DNA of 64,000 nucleotides from a virus, in the IMG/VR virus record IMGVR_UViG_3300035698_004821, positions 1 to 64,000 of that record, one strand, 5' to 3'. The notes below the pieces were generated by a model. It worked only from the letters and a program-made list of their open reading frames with translations, was not told where the DNA came from and did not search any database. Shown piece by piece: positions 37,160-48,171 of this stretch (positions are counted from its first letter, which is position 1; each line of letters begins with the position of its first letter). A program made the position numbers and the translations under genes.

Positions 37160-40100
37160 TGCTAGAAAATAACACAAACCTACAGATAGGACCCCTAAAG
37201 TATAGCCACGTTGTTCAGAAAATTGCTATACAGGAGAGAAAGTCTGTGGACGTCCTAGAGACTACAAGGTCGAATAGAAACTTTGTAGTAGACTCTGGCG
37301 AAGCAATGCACAAGGCGCAGATAAGACTATTGTTTACTGGGCTAGATGAGATCAATAGAGGTGCAGGAGCCGAAGGCGAAGAGAGTGGCCTAAGAGGACT
37401 GATAGCTCTATTCCGTACTGCCCCCATTATCTCCATACTAAACAAGTACCTGAATACATCATGGAAGAAGCAGGACGAACTGCTTAGAGAGGATGATGGC
37501 TCCCTCTCTGAGGGTAGTGTCTATTTCTCAGAGATAGTTCCTGTGGCCTTAGATGGTATAGAGCTAGAGAATGTCCCTGACATTCCCTTTAGTATCCAGG
37601 TCACGCTGTCGGTATCTAGGGTTGAGATTGGCCCTGTGTCTAACTCCGAAGTTCTGTATTACCTAGGTGAGAATAGCAAGGAGGATAGGAAGGAGAGACC
37701 TCAAGATGCCTTCTGGTTAAGGAAGTGGATAGAGCAGATATTAAGTTCTGATGAAATACCAGAGCTAAAGCCTACCGACTTTGATAAAGCTAACTTTAAC
37801 TGGTACGGTAAGACAGCAGTTGGCACAAGCATAGAGACTAATAGAGAGAACTTTCACTTACACCTTACTACATCAGATACAACGACAGGCGGTGTACTCA
37901 TATCTGAGAACTGCTCCATGCGCCATAGGTTTGCCTACAACAAGCTACTGGGTAACATCTTCTCCTTTCCAACGCACATGGGATCCACAGCCCGATCTAT
38001 GTCTCTGGACATTGTCTTCAACAACCAGGAGTCGGATGAAACGTACGCCCAGTTCTGCAGGTTCAAGGAGACAGCGGATGAGATAGCTAAGAGCAAGAAT
38101 AGGTTTGATAGAGTCACAGGGTGGCACATTCAGACCCCTATATCTAAGTTGCTTGGCCTTAAGAAGACGACACTAGCCGAAGGAGTCCCAGGTCAAAAAC
38201 CATACGAAGGGGTGTACGTGCCTGTTAATATTACCTCTGAGAGTGGGGAGCAACCTAATATGGTCAACTGTAGAATAGACCTACTAGAGAGTAATGTAGA
38301 CTTCTACAGGGATAATGAGATCAACCTAATCAATGGAGGCACAGACTATGAGGACCTGTGGCAATACTTTGATAGTATTATGGATCAGGAGTTCGCCTTT
38401 CGGAAGAAACTAAGGGATGATAAGGATGCGGCCATACGAGAAATAGTAGGTAGAAGTAGTGAGGATAACTACAAAGGGTACCAGCTGTTCTGGCCTATAA
38501 CCCAGGGGGTTACAAAGATCAAGACAGCTTCTCCCTTTGCTATACTAAATGTAGATACACTACGTGCCGTCTTCCTGGACCCTGACTTTGATGTAGGTGG
38601 AAGGATACGTGACGCACTGTTGAACCACTCTCTAACATACGGGGAGGTGGTAGCCAACCGTCGAGTAATTATATCTGATAAAGTTGTACAGAATGGTAGC
38701 CTAATTTGGAGAACTTTTGCTGGACTAGACAACAATGATCTAGAGACAGGAAAACTAATAGAGGCAATTCGTAATGTAGTTGCTACTCAATTCATGACTT
38801 GGTCTGACTTAGAGGAGCCAAGTGTGCAGGACATAGTTCGACATTTAGCTAATCCGGCTACCTTAGGTGATCAACCCCCAGAGATTCTAGGTGGGCTTGG
38901 AGCCGTAGATATTCTATCTACTGCCATAGCTATAGACCTAACCCGAGGGTTCTTAGGTGATGCTAAAAGCTTTTTTACTACAGAATCATCAACAGGAAAA
39001 GTACTTTCTAGGCTATTCTCAAGTAAGTATGAGTTCCTTCCAGCCTTCAAGGAGGCTTTGTTTAAGGTAATAACAGAGCGAAAGGGTAAGCCTAAACTCC
39101 TACCTCATGTATATTCTACAGATGGTGTCTACTCTGCCTTCTACAAACTCATAACATCCTACACCCTAGAGAAGGACGCCACCATAGGCATACAAGAGGC
39201 AAGAGATAACTATGTACAGGACAATAGGAACCTACAGGGCTCCAGTCTATACCCTGACCTTTTACTGCCTACGTATGTTGACCTCTATGGGAAAGATAGA
39301 TGGAGTGAGTTCGCGCCGACTATAGAAGACTTAGGTCTAGACACTTACTACGAGGGGGCACTTACTTCAGAAGACCTTAAGGCTGTTCAAGGTAATGACA
39401 TCGTGTCACCTGCTGCATGGTTCTATATAAAGCGAGTTAAGAATGGGGAGACAGGCTTGAAAAGCCTAGCCAGAACTACGGCTGACGTCATAGACAAGAC
39501 TAGTCCCAACCTCCATATCTCCATGCCCTTCAATACTAATGAGATAGCAGACATCAAACAGCTGATCCAAAAGGATGGGAAAGAGACAGGCATGAAGGGT
39601 ATGAAGACTAACCGTACCCTCTCTGAAATCATTGAGGATTCCTTATACTCCTACAAGGAGTCTGACCCCTCTGGGTACAGACAAGACCTAACCACCCTAC
39701 TAACTAACGCTGATAAGTTTGAAGAGGGGTATCTAAAGGATAACGGATCTCTTAAGGTCTACATACACCACAATAATAACTACTCGATACCTAGGGAGAT
39801 TAATGTTCCAGGACTAGGTGCTCAAGTATACAAGATAGCGAGCAAGAAGAGAGAGCTCAATACTGATAAGCTACGCAGACTAGACGCAGATGCGGCGTAC
39901 ACGACTCCTCTTGAGGAGGATGTCAAGTTCAACAGACACCTAGATGGCAACACTAGAAAACTTATGGACTCTTCTCTTAGCCAAATACCAGATGACCAGT
40001 ACAGCCCGGAAAGGTTGTTCCCATCTATAAAGGTATTCCTGATAGACAGAAGAGGCAATGACATAATAGCAGACGATGGTCTGTTCTCTGTCAACGCCAT

Positions 40101-43100
40101 AGTCTCTGTGGATGTGACACTAGATAAACAAGACGCCCCACTGGCCGTGATAAAGTTAGCTGACCCACTGTACACACTGCAGAATGACTACTTCGATAAG
40201 TCCAACATATCCAACAGGGATAGCAAAGGGAACGCTTTACCTGAGAATAGAAAGAAGGTCCTAGGCTCTCTAAGAGACCCTGACTCAGATAGCAACCTTA
40301 AGAGATACAAACTCATCCAGGGCAGATCCATACAGATCAGGATGGGCTATAGCTCCATGGCGTATAACCTGCCTATCGTATTCACAGGCAGAATTACAGA
40401 GATAGTGCCTGGTGATCAGCTCACTGTCGTGGCGCAAGGCTGGAAAGCTGAGCTTATAAACCGTAAGGTTAGCTTCCTTAACAAGGAGCCTGCCAACTGG
40501 GGAGCAAGAGACCTAGCTATCCAAGCGATAACCTACGCGAACCCGGATGGGTTCGGCGATAAGTTCCCTGAGCATGACGCTCAGTTCATCCTACGTAACC
40601 TTAGAAACCAGGATGTCGCTTCCGCAGTTACTAACGCTATAGATGCCTACCAGAACATCCAATTAGAGGGTGTCGGCTCGACAGGTGTTGTAGGTGGCTT
40701 AGGCAATTACATAATCAAGACCATAGGTCTTAAGTCGGTTACTAAGAAGGATAAAGGCTTTGACACACGCCTAAAGAACATATGGTATCCGGATACATCA
40801 CTGTACAGTAACGTATTCGGTCTGAGATCCACCTTTGGTTTAATGCCTAGCTTCCTAAACGATAGCTGGATTATACCCTTACAGCCCGCCTGGGACGCCC
40901 TACAAGAGGCGTCAAGACATGCGTGGAACTGCATTATAGATGTGGTGCCATACGATAATGAAGCAACCATCTTCATGGGCCATCCTGACCAGCCTTATTA
41001 CTTCACTCGGGGTACAGCCCTTAGCAAGGCGCTGTATAACAAGTACAGGAAGAGCTCTAACAAAGATGTTAACAAGGTGTTGAGCAACTTGTTCAATGGG
41101 TTCTTAGACTCTAAGTACTATGCCAATGAGGCTCCAGACTTTATAGAGGGTCGGATTAAGGCTGCTGCAGCACTACTGACTGAAAGACAAGGCTTCTTTG
41201 TAACTAATAGGAACGCGATTTCAGCTGCTGCCGCTAGCATCTTCCGAGGAGTAGAGCTATCGGGTCTGTCCGCATTCGGTTCCCTAAGTGACTACTATAG
41301 GCTGTACGCCAAGTACTTACTTGAAGACAAGGGTAACGCCTCTGAGCTTGTCGCGTCCAATGCCATATTTGAGGAAGCAGAAAAGTCCGGACTACCCTTA
41401 GCTAGACTAGAGCAGGTGAAGAATACGGGTGTATCTTCCGACTTCACTATCCTAGTCTTTGCCAAATTCTTTGGCATAGATGCTAGTAGAATATTCATAG
41501 GCTGGCCGAATGCAGACAAGGATATAAATCAAATACTAGCTAGGAACTCAAACGTGGAGGACTTCCTGAAGCCTGTAGAGATAGCTATAGACGGGCTGAC
41601 GGGAAGGAGCTACTACAGCGACAAGTTATTGGAGTACATAGACAAAGACCTACGCCGAATAAACTCTACTAGACCCCTCGTTGAATATGTGAGCGCAGGA
41701 TCAGGTGGAGCCTCAGTTAGTGCCTACAGCATTCTACCCACCCTTAGATACGCCAAGACGTCTACGTCGTACCTGAGTAACGAAGGTCTTACCTCGTTCA
41801 TTACTCAAAGCTTAGAAGCCTACAGTACTGATGATGCATCTAGCAGAGGTCTACTGGATAAAGCTTCACACAGGGCAACACTGACGGACCTTAGGGCCAA
41901 GATAGAAGCCATCAGATCCAACAAGGAATACATAGTTAGTAAGTCCATACTCAGTGAGCTTGGTGTACCAATTAATGGAAAGCTGTCTGACATAGTCAAG
42001 GACAACATAGCCTTATTCAAGATATTCATGTACTTCTTCTGCTCCTACGTCATGGAAGACGGAGAGGCTATACAGACAACACAAGAACTTACTGAGGATA
42101 ATGACTTCAAGTTGCCACCGAACATGAAGGTGTTTAGGGTACATCACTACGCTGACGATGACCACAACATTATACAGAATAACATTGTGTCTACTACTCG
42201 TGAGATGTGGAATACGGTAGTTATTGAGCACCCTTCCGCTGGCTCAGCCGAAGACACCGTTAGCTCAGAAGAGCAGCTCTACACTCAGGGAAGAATCAAT
42301 GCAGGCGCCAACTGGGTGTACTACCCCAAGCAAGAAGTGACAGGTGTAATAGGTCTACAGTTCCACCCTGGTCTAACATTAGCTAATAAGAAAATAAAGG
42401 TATTCACAGAGCTAAACTGCCAGAGCCCTGAGCTCGCTGCAAAGCTGGCTTGTAACCACCTTGCCCAAGGCATTAGAAAGATGTATCGTGGTAACTTGCT
42501 CCTACTGGGTAAAAACATTAAGCCCCACGATAGAATCATCTTAGGTGACAAGTACACCAACATGGCTGGACCAGTAGAGGTGGAGAGCGTGATACATCAC
42601 TGGAATGCTGATCAAGGTTGGGTAACCAACATCATACCTAATGCTGTATGCGACTCCAACCCAGGAGCAGGTATACTACAGACAGCTGCCATGGAAGCTA
42701 CCTTCCAAGGTGTCTTCAATGTAATTGACTTCGTATCAGACGCACTCATGTGGGCTACAATTATAGCAACCCTAGGCGCGGCTACTCCTCTAGCTGTGGG
42801 TGCCTTTAGTGTTAAGCAGGGTGTATTAGGTTTAGCCAAGAAGGTAGTGAGTAAGGGTCTACGTGGGAGCTCTAAAGAAATCCTCAAGTCGTATGGAAGA
42901 AGACTCAAGTCCGCAGGGGCAGGGGCAGGTGGTGTTGGCGGTGCGCTCCTAAAGAGAGGGCAGTCGGTGAATGCACTTAGAAAGGTCTTCCGTGAAGTAG
43001 CCGGTCCAGGAGTAGCTTTGCTTAGCAATGAGTTGAAGATAGGCGCAGCAGAATTTGGGGCACATATGTTCTTTAAATCCAATGTTATCGCTGGGTTTGT

Positions 43101-43287
43101 TGATTCATCTAAAGATGTCGAACAACTGCCCGTAATTCTATCCCCCATACTGTTCAATGGCAACCCATTTACATCAGGGCTAGAGACAGAGGATGCCATA
43201 TGGGCCATAGCCTCTTTCGGATTCTACTACTCCTCAAGAGAGCTTCAGAGAGGAGCAGCCCTTCTTTACGATGAGATCTTTAAATAA
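37159..43287 (+). CDS. 2042-aa baseplate hub-like protein
   Basis: IQIRMGYSS..LPIVFTGRITEI..GDQLTVVAQG and MYRGNLLLLG..IKPHDRI..VESVIH..GWVT are gp27/gpD-type hub motifs. Hydrophobic C-terminal region. Confidence 0.7.
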   Translation: MLENNTNLQIGPLKYSHVVQKIAIQERKSVDVLETTRSNRNFVVDSGEAMHKAQIRLLFTGLDEINRGAGAEGEESGLRGLIALFRTAPIISILNKYLNTSWKKQDELLREDDGSLSEGSVYFSEIVPVALDGIELENVPDIPFSIQVTLSVSRVEIGPVSNSEVLYYLGENSKEDRKERPQDAFWLRKWIEQILSSDEIPELKPTDFDKANFNWYGKTAVGTSIETNRENFHLHLTTSDTTTGGVLISENCSMRHRFAYNKLLGNIFSFPTHMGSTARSMSLDIVFNNQESDETYAQFCRFKETADEIAKSKNRFDRVTGWHIQTPISKLLGLKKTTLAEGVPGQKPYEGVYVPVNITSESGEQPNMVNCRIDLLESNVDFYRDNEINLINGGTDYEDLWQYFDSIMDQEFAFRKKLRDDKDAAIREIVGRSSEDNYKGYQLFWPITQGVTKIKTASPFAILNVDTLRAVFLDPDFDVGGRIRDALLNHSLTYGEVVANRRVIISDKVVQNGSLIWRTFAGLDNNDLETGKLIEAIRNVVATQFMTWSDLEEPSVQDIVRHLANPATLGDQPPEILGGLGAVDILSTAIAIDLTRGFLGDAKSFFTTESSTGKVLSRLFSSKYEFLPAFKEALFKVITERKGKPKLLPHVYSTDGVYSAFYKLITSYTLEKDATIGIQEARDNYVQDNRNLQGSSLYPDLLLPTYVDLYGKDRWSEFAPTIEDLGLDTYYEGALTSEDLKAVQGNDIVSPAAWFYIKRVKNGETGLKSLARTTADVIDKTSPNLHISMPFNTNEIADIKQLIQKDGKETGMKGMKTNRTLSEIIEDSLYSYKESDPSGYRQDLTTLLTNADKFEEGYLKDNGSLKVYIHHNNNYSIPREINVPGLGAQVYKIASKKRELNTDKLRRLDADAAYTTPLEEDVKFNRHLDGNTRKLMDSSLSQIPDDQYSPERLFPSIKVFLIDRRGNDIIADDGLFSVNAIVSVDVTLDKQDAPLAVIKLADPLYTLQNDYFDKSNISNRDSKGNALPENRKKVLGSLRDPDSDSNLKRYKLIQGRSIQIRMGYSSMAYNLPIVFTGRITEIVPGDQLTVVAQGWKAELINRKVSFLNKEPANWGARDLAIQAITYANPDGFGDKFPEHDAQFILRNLRNQDVASAVTNAIDAYQNIQLEGVGSTGVVGGLGNYIIKTIGLKSVTKKDKGFDTRLKNIWYPDTSLYSNVFGLRSTFGLMPSFLNDSWIIPLQPAWDALQEASRHAWNCIIDVVPYDNEATIFMGHPDQPYYFTRGTALSKALYNKYRKSSNKDVNKVLSNLFNGFLDSKYYANEAPDFIEGRIKAAAALLTERQGFFVTNRNAISAAAASIFRGVELSGLSAFGSLSDYYRLYAKYLLEDKGNASELVASNAIFEEAEKSGLPLARLEQVKNTGVSSDFTILVFAKFFGIDASRIFIGWPNADKDINQILARNSNVEDFLKPVEIAIDGLTGRSYYSDKLLEYIDKDLRRINSTRPLVEYVSAGSGGASVSAYSILPTLRYAKTSTSYLSNEGLTSFITQSLEAYSTDDASSRGLLDKASHRATLTDLRAKIEAIRSNKEYIVSKSILSELGVPINGKLSDIVKDNIALFKIFMYFFCSYVMEDGEAIQTTQELTEDNDFKLPPNMKVFRVHHYADDDHNIIQNNIVSTTREMWNTVVIEHPSAGSAEDTVSSEEQLYTQGRINAGANWVYYPKQEVTGVIGLQFHPGLTLANKKIKVFTELNCQSPELAAKLACNHLAQGIRKMYRGNLLLLGKNIKPHDRIILGDKYTNMAGPVEVESVIHHWNADQGWVTNIIPNAVCDSNPGAGILQTAAMEATFQGVFNVIDFVSDALMWATIIATLGAATPLAVGAFSVKQGVLGLAKKVVSKGLRGSSKEILKSYGRRLKSAGAGAGGVGGALLKRGQSVNALRKVFREVAGPGVALLSNELKIGAAEFGAHMFFKSNVIAGFVDSSKDVEQLPVILSPILFNGNPFTSGLETEDAIWAIASFGFYYSSRELQRGAALLYDEIFK

Positions 43288-43805
43288 TGGAACTATTTGA
43301 TAAACTAAGAAACCAAGCCAAGCTAGATTCTAGGCGATTCGGCAAGAGTATAGCCTGTAGGATTGTGTACGACAAGCTACTGGATATAGTGGAGAAGGAG
43401 AACCTTGCGCCCTCTGGTATATTCTTCAACAGGAAGACAGGGTTAGACCCCATCAATTACAAAATGTTTGTGATACCTGTGAGTAGCTACCCGCAAATAG
43501 AGAGGTTAGTTAAGGACTATACGACTAGCCTTCCAGATAACCAAGACCCCCAAGACTTTGAATCTATAGAGAGAACCACCCAATCTAGGTCAGGTCTTGT
43601 AGCAGCCCTTGAACAGAACCTCATCTTAGTTACGATAGGAATGGCAGTACCTCATGGACTGGGAGCAGGTCTTCTCCCCGAAATGTGTGACGTACTTATA
43701 GATAGTGTTGATGTAAACCAAACTATAGAAGGTACCTATGTCTATAGGACTAAGGAAAAACTTAGAACACGAGCACAGCTCAATGACAAATTAGACAACC
43801 AATGA
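43287..43805 (+). CDS. Hypothetical baseplate-region protein
   Basis: 172-aa coupled ORF between the hub and gp25-like genes. Confidence 0.6.
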   Translation: MELFDKLRNQAKLDSRRFGKSIACRIVYDKLLDIVEKENLAPSGIFFNRKTGLDPINYKMFVIPVSSYPQIERLVKDYTTSLPDNQDPQDFESIERTTQSRSGLVAALEQNLILVTIGMAVPHGLGAGLLPEMCDVLIDSVDVNQTIEGTYVYRTKEKLRTRAQLNDKLDNQ

Positions 43806-44464
43806 CACAACCTAATCCCCTTGACGTCACCGCTATAGGCGGCTCGCACTCTGGAACGAAGTCTCAAGATGAGATGGCGGCCAGGGTTAGCTTTACAATA
43901 GATAATGATAAGAGTATATCTGAAGTAGGTAACAAGATAATGAGTGCTGCCGAGTGGCAGTTCACTTCTCTGTCTGACCCTAATAGATCACCCAAGTATG
44001 CTGTAGATCCTTCGGTCGCCTACTACGGTGCTGGTGCTCTTAGCTTGCTGCCTAGGGTAGGTAAGTTTGTCTTCGCCGCTAACATGAATGAAGCTAATCG
44101 AGGTGCCTTCCGTTTAGATCATGGAGAGTCTAACTTCTACTCTAGCATGAATAAGACCACCCTGGGGTCACTAGACATAGACACTGTGGACGGTCAAGTT
44201 CTTAACCCTCAGTCTCCTCAACAACCTAGCACCAACTACAGTCCTACCAAGCCTTGGATCAAAAAGCTATTCCCTACACTGTCTTCAAAAAACTTGATGT
44301 CCATAGCTATACTAGAGCTTGTGCAAAGGACACTTCTCGACTCACTAGACAGTCAGAGAGAGCCTCAAGCGTCAAAAAATAACGAGCGCAAACAAGGTAT
44401 AGACATGGGCACCATTATCGCGGATAACCAAGAGATACAAGATCAAATTTTAGGAATCAATTAA
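43802..44464 (+). CDS. Hypothetical baseplate-region protein (spike position)
   Basis: 220-aa ORF with ATGA overlap; synteny only. Confidence 0.55.
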   Translation: MTQPNPLDVTAIGGSHSGTKSQDEMAARVSFTIDNDKSISEVGNKIMSAAEWQFTSLSDPNRSPKYAVDPSVAYYGAGALSLLPRVGKFVFAANMNEANRGAFRLDHGESNFYSSMNKTTLGSLDIDTVDGQVLNPQSPQQPSTNYSPTKPWIKKLFPTLSSKNLMSIAILELVQRTLLDSLDSQREPQASKNNERKQGIDMGTIIADNQEIQDQILGIN

Positions 44465-44907
44465 TGGCTATATATACCCAACAAGATATTGAATCAACAC
44501 TAGATGGTGATATACAGCTATCCCCTAGAGGGGATCTACAGTTAGCCAATCCACTTGACACGTTCAAGTCATTAGCTAACTTTTTATTAAGGACAGACTT
44601 CGGAGATTATAGCCCGGATACATCGGTAGGCTGCAATCTAGGTTCCTTCGTAGGTGAGCTAAACACTACGGATAACAGGCAGTTTATGGAGTATAATATA
44701 ACTAGTGTCCTGCGAGAGAGATTATTCACCGTAGCAGATGTTGAAGCTACGGTTGTTCCATTCGATCTAAACGAAGTTCTTTGTGTTGTCAATATAGGTG
44801 GTTCCTACTTACTAGATGGAACCATACAGACTATTAAAGGCGAAACACTAACGTACACATTCCCATATATAGATGGGACCCACATCACGCCAATCACTAC
44901 AGACTAA
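44464..44907 (+). CDS. gp25/W-like baseplate wedge (sheath initiator)
   Basis: DGDIQLSPRGDL...LRTDFGDY....GCNLGSFVGE; directly upstream of the J-like gene. Confidence 0.8.
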   Translation: MAIYTQQDIESTLDGDIQLSPRGDLQLANPLDTFKSLANFLLRTDFGDYSPDTSVGCNLGSFVGELNTTDNRQFMEYNITSVLRERLFTVADVEATVVPFDLNEVLCVVNIGGSYLLDGTIQTIKGETLTYTFPYIDGTHITPITTD

Positions 44908-46052
44908 TGGTCACAAGAAAAAACTTTTCTGATTCAGTACAAGATAGCGTCAGATATCTAATTAAAAATACTGACATAACCTACTTTTCTGACGGGTCTA
45001 TAGCAAAGGCGTTAGTTGAAACCAATAACTTAGAAGTAAGTAGGATTCAGCAATACGTGACAGGAGTGTTCCAGAATGCATTCTTGAGTTCCACCACAGG
45101 TATCTATCTAGATATGTGGGGAGAGACTCTTGGTCTTCCTAGAATTAAGGACAGACGAGCAACGGCACTGATCCAAGATGGAGCAGTCCGTTTTTATGTA
45201 TCTAACGGAACACTGGGATCAAGGCTTCCCAATCCCGACAACTCAGGTTTAGGTCTTATACAATCAGGGGTATCTATTACGACTGCCTCAAACACTGTAG
45301 AGTACAAAGTTACGGAAGCGGTAACTTTCCCGGTAAATACTAGATCAGTATTTGTACCAGTCACAGCACAAGGAAGCGGCACAGACTACAACGTAGGTGC
45401 TAACCAGCTGACTGTACATAACCTCAACAAATCAGAGGTCAAAGTTACTAATGACATTGCCATAGTTACGGGAAAGGACGTGGAATCTGATGAAGAGTAC
45501 AGGTTCCGGCTTTCACGAGCTATGACATCTAGATACGGAAGTAACCTCGCTGCTGTTGAGGTAGCTGCTGTATCTAATCCTGGCGTAGCCAGGGCAGAAC
45601 TCCTGCAGTATGCTAGAGGCGCTGGGACCTTCGACGTACTGCTTATACCTCAAGGCAATAGAGTTACAGTAAGTACACGAGAGAATACTAGAAGAGCTAT
45701 AGAGCAGGTCGCTGCCTATGGTGTCTCTTTCGAGGTAAGAGAACCAGAGTACGTTCCTGTAAGGATCTCACTCCAGCTAATATTTAACAACAACGTCACA
45801 GAAGCAGAACGAATTAGCCTTAGAGCACAAGTTCAATCTAGTATTTTACAATACATTGCCTCCATCCCTCTGGGTGGAGAACTAATCATTAACCAATTAC
45901 GAGCCGCTTCCCTTGTGAGTCCCAGTATTAAAGATATCAAAATAATTGAACTGTATGTCAACTGTAAGCCTAGAACGCTCAGAAATGTACAGCTTCGCGA
46001 GGATGAGCTATTCATCCCTGACGAGAAGACTGAGGCCATCGAGATAATATGA
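44907..46052 (+). CDS. Baseplate J-like (gp6/gp47) wedge protein
   Basis: GSIAKALVE, TGIYLDMWG..LGLPR, G..YNVGAN, G.DVESDEEYRFR, RGAGTFDV and LGGELIINQL. Confidence 0.92.
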   Translation: MVTRKNFSDSVQDSVRYLIKNTDITYFSDGSIAKALVETNNLEVSRIQQYVTGVFQNAFLSSTTGIYLDMWGETLGLPRIKDRRATALIQDGAVRFYVSNGTLGSRLPNPDNSGLGLIQSGVSITTASNTVEYKVTEAVTFPVNTRSVFVPVTAQGSGTDYNVGANQLTVHNLNKSEVKVTNDIAIVTGKDVESDEEYRFRLSRAMTSRYGSNLAAVEVAAVSNPGVARAELLQYARGAGTFDVLLIPQGNRVTVSTRENTRRAIEQVAAYGVSFEVREPEYVPVRISLQLIFNNNVTEAERISLRAQVQSSILQYIASIPLGGELIINQLRAASLVSPSIKDIKIIELYVNCKPRTLRNVQLREDELFIPDEKTEAIEII

Positions 46053-46522
46053 CATTCGAAATATACAAACCTGAGTACAACCCTAGTGACCTTACTGGTC
46101 AGGTAGGAGGCAACATAGGTACAGAGATACTAAGTGGGTATATTAACGAACTGTTCCAGCACGTCTCTTCTCCTCCCTCTGGGATAGACACCACTTCGTA
46201 TCAATATAGGAAAGTGTTTGTAAAGAACACTTTTACAAGCACAGCCACAAATACACGAGTATGGGTGGACGCTATAGAGCATGTAGATCAGATTACGTTA
46301 GCTAAGTCTACAGCCATAGATGACCTTAGTACGGCGTCTACAAGGGAACCTGCTGGTATATCTGGCTGGTCATCCCCCGCAAACTACGCAGAAGGGACGA
46401 GTCTCGGAACACTTGTCTCTAATGCACACACAGGCATCTGGATAAGACAAGCTCTTTCCGGCGTCTCCCTCCCTGACCCATATGCCACCTTCCGTATCTA
46501 CGTCGGTGGAATCGTACAATGA
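46049..46522 (+). CDS. Small baseplate/fibre beta-sandwich protein
   Basis: YRKVFVKN...GIWIRQ pattern; synteny after J. Confidence 0.55.
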   Translation: MTFEIYKPEYNPSDLTGQVGGNIGTEILSGYINELFQHVSSPPSGIDTTSYQYRKVFVKNTFTSTATNTRVWVDAIEHVDQITLAKSTAIDDLSTASTREPAGISGWSSPANYAEGTSLGTLVSNAHTGIWIRQALSGVSLPDPYATFRIYVGGIVQ

Positions 46523-48171
46523 CATCATCTAACTTTGACCTTTCGGTTCACCTTGATTACAAAACTAGACAGACAACGGTAAGTCTAATTAACCCTTATC
46601 CTACTGGTGGTACCACAGACACCCCAAACATGCTGTTCAGAATGTATGATAAGAACGGCTGCGTCATCCAACACATAATACTATCGGGGGACCCTTCGTC
46701 CTATCAGTCTCAGACCCTTAATCAGACCGCCTCGTTCGGCCTACAGATAGGAGGTCTTGGATCAGAGAACCCAATCGGAGGTTATGACTCATCTATAAAC
46801 CACACAGACACCTCTGGTGTCTCCGTCGCCTACACGACAACTATGTGGGAGATGAGTGCGGAAGTCATTGACACCCCCGTCTTCCTCTTCGCTACACAAG
46901 CGATAGAGAACGGTTTCCGTGATTCCCTGTACATTGATGTGGACAGGAGAGATGACTGTTACATAGGGACCCCACTACTTATTACAGACGGCGACGCTGT
47001 AGTCCAGGGCACAGTAGATGTTGTGACTGGTGACACGTACATGACCCTGGCATACGATAAATCTATCTCTGCCTATACTAACTCTACTATGGGTAATGCT
47101 GTCTGCGAGGTAATAAGTGGAGCCAACCTAGGTCAGACGTTCTCTGTAAGAGAACATACACCAGGTAGTGATTCATTATCTGTGGACTTGGACGTCAACC
47201 ACCTATCAGGGCAGATAGTTAAGGTCATGCCCTACCGTACTGTTACGTCCTATGAGGGTTGGACTTACACTGGCTCTTCAGCATCTAACAAGGGCGATGG
47301 AGGTATGCGGGCTAGGTTTGGTTTAGATACGGATATACCAGCGGGTCCAGGATCAATACATTATCTCTCTGGCACCGTAAGTGGCGACGCCACAATTGCT
47401 CACCCGTTTGATTTAACGAACACACCTGTGTTCAGCGCTTCTGTCGTTGTCCTACAGGACGACCCTTACATGCGTATTGTTTCCCCTGGTGACTTAGTTT
47501 ACTTTACACCAGCGGCTTCCCCTAGTTCTGAATCCACAGGTGTGATTATATCTGTAAATGAGCATGCTGTGTCTGCAGATGGTGACTTTGCAATAACATA
47601 CTGGCCAAATGAGCCACCGACCGCCACGTCAGAGTATAAGATCTTCCGATCAAATGTGGTCGATCTGCAGTCTTACCCAGAGCTAGGTAGGGATTACCTA
47701 TGTATCGCTCGCGATGGCTCCTTAGTAAATACTGGAGAGAGGTACGCAACTGTAGTTAGGACTCCTTCCGTCGAAGTAGACTTCGCAGCCAATGAATTTG
47801 AGAGTACCTTCCCAGCCATACCGGAGTCTAGTCACTTCCACATCGGACCTGTCTACCTTAGTAACGGGCAGACGCTACTAGAGGATGGAGTAGGCAGTAA
47901 CGGAGTGGCCCCTCACCTGCACTTCAGTGGTCTGGTTACCAACGGAGATCCAGAAGCACCGGCGACTTTGATTGACACTACAGCCTTCTCAACCCAGAGA
48001 GCTGATGCAGCCCACAAGTTTGCTGGTATGTACTACAAGGATGGCATCATGACCATGGCAGTAGGGACCTCCTTCAATGCATCAGAAACTATAATCTGTA
48101 AAACGGTTATCAATTACGGATCTATTAAGATAGACAAAGTATTTACTATACCTGTACAGCCTTCAGTATGA
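46519..48171 (+). CDS. Hypothetical baseplate/fibre protein (550 aa)
   Basis: Ser/Thr/Asp-rich beta-type ORF, coupled on both sides. Confidence 0.6.
   Translation: MTSSNFDLSVHLDYKTRQTTVSLINPYPTGGTTDTPNMLFRMYDKNGCVIQHIILSGDPSSYQSQTLNQTASFGLQIGGLGSENPIGGYDSSINHTDTSGVSVAYTTTMWEMSAEVIDTPVFLFATQAIENGFRDSLYIDVDRRDDCYIGTPLLITDGDAVVQGTVDVVTGDTYMTLAYDKSISAYTNSTMGNAVCEVISGANLGQTFSVREHTPGSDSLSVDLDVNHLSGQIVKVMPYRTVTSYEGWTYTGSSASNKGDGGMRARFGLDTDIPAGPGSIHYLSGTVSGDATIAHPFDLTNTPVFSASVVVLQDDPYMRIVSPGDLVYFTPAASPSSESTGVIISVNEHAVSADGDFAITYWPNEPPTATSEYKIFRSNVVDLQSYPELGRDYLCIARDGSLVNTGERYATVVRTPSVEVDFAANEFESTFPAIPESSHFHIGPVYLSNGQTLLEDGVGSNGVAPHLHFSGLVTNGDPEAPATLIDTTAFSTQRADAAHKFAGMYYKDGIMTMAVGTSFNASETIICKTVINYGSIKIDKVFTIPVQPSV

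Noticed and set aside
18954-46052. Extracellular contractile injection system or tailocin
   Set aside because: Terminase, portal, protease and capsid genes are in the same gene run, so this is a DNA-packaging phage.
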